Shown one piece after another: positions 59,650 to 64,000 of a stretch of 64,000 bases of DNA. Both the position numbers and the translations under genes were made by a program. The first letter of the stretch is position 1, and each line of letters opens with the position of its first letter. A model generated the notes under the pieces. It ran no database searches, was not told the origin of the DNA, and saw only the letters and a list, made by a program, of their open reading frames with translations. This DNA comes from an uncultured Candidatus Rokubacteria bacterium (GTDB lineage: Bacteria; Methylomirabilota; Methylomirabilia; Rokubacteriales; CSP1-6). The stretch lies in the NCBI GenBank assembly GCA_963747235.1, contig CAVVEU010000015.1, forward strand, positions 44,664 to 108,663. Reading direction: 5' to 3'.

Positions 59650-60526
59650 GTGCTGCTACGCAGGTCGTGAATGGGCTCACCCAGGGGAGCCTCTACGCGC
59701 TGGTCGCCATCGGGTTCGTCATTGTCTTCGGGACCATGAACCTGGTCACGTTCGCCCACGGCGAGGTGTACATGATCGGCGGCTTCGCGGGTTACTTCGC
59801 CATGTCGGTGTGGCCACCTTCCCTGGCCGGTCGCGCTCGTCCGGGCGATGGCCGCAGGCCGGGATGATCGGCGCCTCATCGAGAAGACCGCGTTCCGTCC
59901 GATGCGTGCCGTCGGGCACATGCCGCCGCTCCTGATCACGATCGGCCTGTCCATCATCATGAAGGACCAGCCGTGATGGTGACGCTGGAGCGGAGAATCG
60001 CCCGGTGCCCTCCATCTACGAGCAGACCATCCAGGTCGGCGGCTCGCAGATTTCGCTGCTACAGATGGTCATCCTCGGGATTGTGGTGCTGCTCATCGTC
60101 GGGCCTGCACTCCTCATCCAGGGCACCAAGATCGGGCGCGCGATGCGGGCGACGGCGCAGGACCACGAGGCGGCGGCCGCCATGGGGGTCAACGCCGATC
60201 GGGTCTTCAACATCGCCTTCGCGCTAGCCTCGCTCCTCGGCGGCGCCGGGGGCGTCCTGGTGGGCATCTACTACAACGCGGTGTCCGCGACCATGGGAGG
60301 GATGGCCGGCCTGAAGGGGTTCGCCGCCTGCATCTTCGGCGGTCTGACGAGCATCCCCGGGGCCATCCTGGGGGCCCTGATCATCGGCGTGACCGAGAAC
60401 CTGACGGTCCAGTACCTCGCCTCCGGTTACCGCGACATCATCGGCTTCTTGGTGATGGTGGTTGTCCTCATCGTCCGTCCACAGGGACTCCTGGGCAGCA
60501 AGATGCGGCTGTGGACATCGGCGTAA
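59650..60526 (+). CDS. livH: Branched-chain amino acid ABC permease LivH (multiple frameshifts)
   Basis: NGLTQGSLYALVAIG, FAHGE, GRAMRA, KGFAACIFGG, RPQGLLG; start approximate. Confidence 0.8.
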
Positions 60527-60559
60527 GGCCCACCTGCAGCGTTCGTCGCGCTCGCGCGG

Positions 60560-61415
60560 CGCTGCGGCGTGTGAGTCGCCTCGCGTCTCGCATCACGCTC
60601 CGCCTTGCATGTGACTTGGCGAATACATCCTCAACATTGCGGTTCTGGCCGGAATCTACGTCATTCTCACCATGGGGCTGAACATCACCAACGGCTGGAC
60701 CGGCCTGATGTCCTTCGGCTATGCCGCCTTCTACGGGATCGGGGCCTACACGGCAGCCATCCTGGCGACGCGATACGGGTTGCCCTTCTGGCTCACCTTC
60801 ACCGCGGCCGGCTGGTGGCAGGGCTGTTCGGCGTGGCCATCGCGCTGCCCACGCTCCGCCTGAAGGGCATCTTCCTGGCCCTCATCACCATCGGATTCCA
60901 GGAGATCGTGTACCTGGTCACGCTCAACTGGACGAGCCTCACCCGGGGCCCATGGGTATCCCCGGCATCCCGCCGCCGACCATCGGCGGATTCAGCTTCA
61001 ACAGCAACCGGGACTTCTTCTACCTGATCCTGGCGCTCAACGCGGTGATGGTCTTCGTGGTGTCCCGCGTCATGGCGTCGCGGGTGGGACGGGCGTTCGT
61101 GGCGATCCGGGAAGACGAGGTGGCTGCCCAGGCCTGGGGATCCCCCTCTTTCCCACGAAGGTCCTCTCCTTCGTCATCTCGACGGTCATGGCGGGGGTGG
61201 CGGGAGCCTTCTTCGCCCATCACGCGCGCTTTGTCAGCGCCGATTCGTTCCGACTGGATGAGACGTTCGTCGTCCTGACCATGCTCATCGTCGGCGGGAT
61301 GGGCGCTCATCGGGCCGATCATCGGCGCGATCGCGCTCGTGGTCCTGCCCGAGGCCTCGCGCTTCCTCGCCGAGTACCGCGGCGTGGTGTACGGGCTCGT
61401 GCTCGTCGGCGGTGA
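60560..61415 (+). pseudogene. livM: Branched-chain amino acid ABC permease LivM (frameshifted, 3' truncated)
   Basis: GLNITNGWTG, FYGIGAY, LRLKGIFLAL, GRAFVAIREDE, GGMG, LPEASR; stops before the expected RPxG tail; start approximate. Confidence 0.7.
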
Positions 61416-61980
61416 TCCAGACCGGCGAAGCGGGCCGAGTCGAACTCCACCGGGCCGTCGAGTTTCCCCCGAACGAGCGGCTCGACCGGGTCCTGCTCGA
61501 CGGACTCACCGCCGTCGACGCCACATTGCACATCGAGGACGGCATCCTGTGGCTGTTCGCAAACATCGTCAAAGGACACGGAGACAGGGGTGAGCTGTGG
61601 TTGTTCTCATCGCGCTCGCTGGACGGGGAGTGGTGCCCGCACCCGCAGAACCCGATCGTGAGCGACCCGGGCACGGCTCGCCCGGCAGGCCGGTTGTTCA
61701 GGGAGGCGTCCTCATCCGGCCCGGCCAGGACTGCTCGCGCGGGTACGGCGAGGCTGTGGTCCTGAACTGGGTGGACATCCTGTCGGCGGGCGAGTACCGG
61801 GAGACGCCGGTGGACAGGATCGAGCCGGACTGGATGCCCGGTGTCAAGGGCACTCACACCTACACATTCGATTCACGCTACGAGTGCCTCGATGGGTACC
61901 GCCACGTCCGGCGCCTCCGCATCGGGCGCTCGAGGGGTGCCGCACCCGGGACAAGACGTCCGTGGTCACGGCGCGGGTAG
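61412..61980 (+). pseudogene. 3' fragment of a beta-propeller glycoside-hydrolase-like protein (GINT/GH43-like)
   Basis: VELHRAVEFP, AVDAT, WLF, HPQNPIVSD..ARPAG, RPGQDCS..YG, GTHT; begins mid-domain. Confidence 0.6.
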
Positions 61981-62156
61981 CGTCCTGAACAGCCCAGGAT
62001 TCGCCCTCTAGTTCACCCGCAGCGGCGAACCAGTACCGCCGCGCCATCCCCTTCGACCCACGCTGCCTCGGCACACAGTCGATGCGCCGAGGAGTGGGAG
62101 ATGCTGCTGCCGGACGCACGGTTAACCGAGCCTAACGACGCGGTCAGGCAAACCCA

Positions 62157-62603
62157 CTACGACTCGATCGACTGGGCGTCTCGCCACGATCCGCCGGCTC
62201 GCGCTGCGAGGTCGGCGAAGGTGGTGTGCGCGAGCGCCTTGATGGTGGCGTCTCGGACTTCTTCCCAGACGAAGCGGAGTGAACAGTCGATGCTCATCGG
62301 GCAGGGTTCGGGATGGCTGCGGGTCGCGCAACCGATCGGAGCAAGCGGCCCTTGGAAGAGGCGTACGACCCGCTCGAGCGTGGTCTCCTTCGGCGATCTG
62401 TTGAGCCGGTAGCCACCGTGGGCGCCCCGTTCGGAGCGGACGATCCCGGCGCTCCGCATCGTCGGCACTACCTGCTCGAGCACCGACCGCGGCACCGCGG
62501 TGCGGCGGGCTAACTCCTCGAGCTTGATCGGCGTTTCTGCCTCTGCGAGCGCGAGCGCGAGCACGGCGCGGGTGGCGTAGTCAGTTCGTCTTGAGATCCA
62601 CAT
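62157..62603 (-). CDS. Rrf2 family transcriptional regulator
   Basis: TDYATRAV, SERGAHGGYRL, GPLAPIGC...C...C. Confidence 0.9.
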   Translation of the reverse strand: MWISRRTDYATRAVLALALAEAETPIKLEELARRTAVPRSVLEQVVPTMRSAGIVRSERGAHGGYRLNRSPKETTLERVVRLFQGPLAPIGCATRSHPEPCPMSIDCSLRFVWEEVRDATIKALAHTTFADLAARAGGSWRDAQSIES

Positions 62604-62665
62604 GGCAGAGGGCGTTGATTGACAAACCAGGCGAAGGGTCGTATGGTTCGGAAGTCCCGCTAATC

Positions 62666-62703
62666 GACAAAGATTTACATTCTTTGTCAAGATAGTCAAG
62701 ATA
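62666..62703. promoter_or_regulatory. Candidate Rrf2 operator
   Basis: Perfect GACAAAGA-N7-TCTTTGTC inverted repeat plus tandem GTCAAGATA x2 in an AT-rich divergent intergenic region. Confidence 0.55.
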
Positions 62704-63793
62704 TGCCAGCAGCATCTCTCATCTCGCGTGTCCGGCCGCTTTCCAGACAGCCCGAGGTTCGAGGGCGACCCCGCTTGCCGCGCTAGCCCTCGATGAGATG
62801 CCAACCGAGCTCCATTTCGTGCGCAGCCACTTCACTGTTCCGGCGCTGCAAGCCCAGCCCTGGGTTCTCGAACTTGGCGGCGCCGTCGTCCAGAGCCGCT
62901 CCTGGTCGCTAGTCGATCTGCAGCGGAGGCCCTCCCGGACGCAGACGGTGGTACTCGAGTGCGCCGGTCACCGACGGAGCGAGTTCCAGCCGGCGACGAG
63001 CGGCCTGCAATGGGGCGTCGGCGCTATCTCTGAAGCCCGCTGGACGGGCGTTCCGCTGGCCGAGTTGCTCGCCGAGGCGTCGCCCACCAGTCGGGGTGGC
63101 GAAGTTCTTTTCGAGGGCGCCGATCACGGTCTGCACCGAAGCTCGAGCGACGAGTTGCCGTTTGCCCGCTCGATCACCCTCGAGCATGCCCTTGCCGGAG
63201 ACGTGCTAATCGCCTGGGAGATGAACGGCCAGCCCGATCCCGCCGAGGCACGGCGCGCCGCTCAGAGCCATCGTCCCGGGCAACTACGGAGTCACATCCG
63301 TCAAGTGGCTTCGACGCATCGAAGTCCTCAAGAGCCCGTTCACGGGGCCCTTCCAAGCCCAGGACTACCAGCTGGGCGGCGAACCGCTCCAAGAGCTACC
63401 TGTCAGCTCACTGATCCTCAAGCCCGAGGCGCACAGCCTGATCACTGCTCGGGCGGTCGAGCTGTCCGGGGTCGCCTGGGGTGGCCACGGCGGCATCGCC
63501 GCAGTCGAGTTCCGCCTCGCCGGTACACCGTGGCAGGCAGCCACCATCCGGCCCAATCAGCAGCTCTCGTCTCTGACCCGCTGGTCCGGTTTCCTCGAGT
63601 TATCGCCGGGAGAGCAAGGTCCTCGAGGTTCGGGCACGCGATCGCAGCGAAAACACGCAACCCGAACGGCCCCGGTGGAACCCGCTCGGATACGCAAACA
63701 ACAGCATCCACCGCGTCCCCATCAGAACGCACCACAGCCAGGCTGTCGGCCGGAGAGGCGGAAGCCATCGTCCGCGGTCGAGGATTCCTCTGA
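62703..63793 (+). CDS. Sulfite oxidase family molybdopterin enzyme (multiple frameshifts)
   Basis: HFVRSH, LECAGHRR, WTGVPL, FEGAD, FARSI, EMNG, SVKWL, WNPLGYANN. Confidence 0.82.
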
Positions 63794-63801
63794 GCTCCGC
63801 C

Positions 63802-64000
63802 ATGCCGCCGTCGCCCACGCTCGAAGATCTCCTCGAGGCGCATCGCTACAAGCGCCCGCTCCGGTTCGTCACCTCCGGCAGCGTCGACAACGGCAAGAGC
63901 ACGCTCATCGGCCGACTGCTCTACGAGACGCAGACGTTCTTCGATGATCAGCGCGCCGACGGACAACCTGTCCTATCCCCGCTGTTGCTTGCAGAAACGT
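63802..64000 (+). CDS. cysN: Sulfate adenylyltransferase subunit 1 (CysN-like GTPase), partial
   Basis: LRFVTSGSVDNGKSTLIGRLLYE...DDQ; runs off the window. Confidence 0.7.
   Translation, partial: MPPSPTLEDLLEAHRYKRPLRFVTSGSVDNGKSTLIGRLLYETQTFFDDQRADGQPVLSPLLLAET

Noticed and set aside
406-63793. Many frameshifted genes (ggt, lhgO, tim44, prpE, curA-like, AKR, histidine kinase, 4CL, liv genes, sulfite oxidase) as pseudogenes or programmed frameshifts
   Set aside because: These are single-base indels scattered through unrelated genes, often in G/C runs, with motifs intact on both sides and no shared slippery signal. Sequencing error is the simplest explanation.
1-64000. CRISPR arrays, tRNA/rRNA, transposases, integrases, phage or defence genes
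   Set aside because: I found no regularly spaced repeats or recognisable motifs by eye. A covariance or HMM scan could still find weak cases.

Overview
This is a very GC-rich, gene-dense bacterial chromosomal segment with about 62 CDSs. Its style suggests a soil Rokubacteria/Methylomirabilota-like organism (orphan ABC substrate-binding paralogues, REP-like palindromes), but that is inference only. Single-base frameshifts are scattered through many ordinary genes, most densely after ~59.5 kb, which looks like uncorrected long-read error. Most of the content is accessory metabolism: GGT, LhgO, SDR/AKR oxidoreductases, an amidase, acyl-CoA synthetases, a LigAB-type dioxygenase, TauD and a liv-type ABC transporter. 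Housekeeping genes include the nrdJ 3' end, xth and a class A PBP. I saw no rRNA, tRNA, CRISPR array, transposase or phage genes. Highlights: (1) a cobalt-type nitrile hydratase cluster whose activator appears fused to a Cys-rich GCCCG...CLGPC thioredoxin/ferredoxin-like domain, preceded by an unknown His/Cys/Trp-rich protein; (2) a Rho factor with an intact ATPase but no N-terminal RNA-binding domain, replaced by a short Arg/Gly/Gln low-complexity tail; (3) a 157-nt intergenic hairpin whose mismatches are all G-U wobbles on one strand; (4) a protease-TM-rhodanese fusion; (5) a triuret-hydrolase-like enzyme next to a permease; (6) many apparent leaderless promoters, plus sigma54 and ECF promoter motifs.
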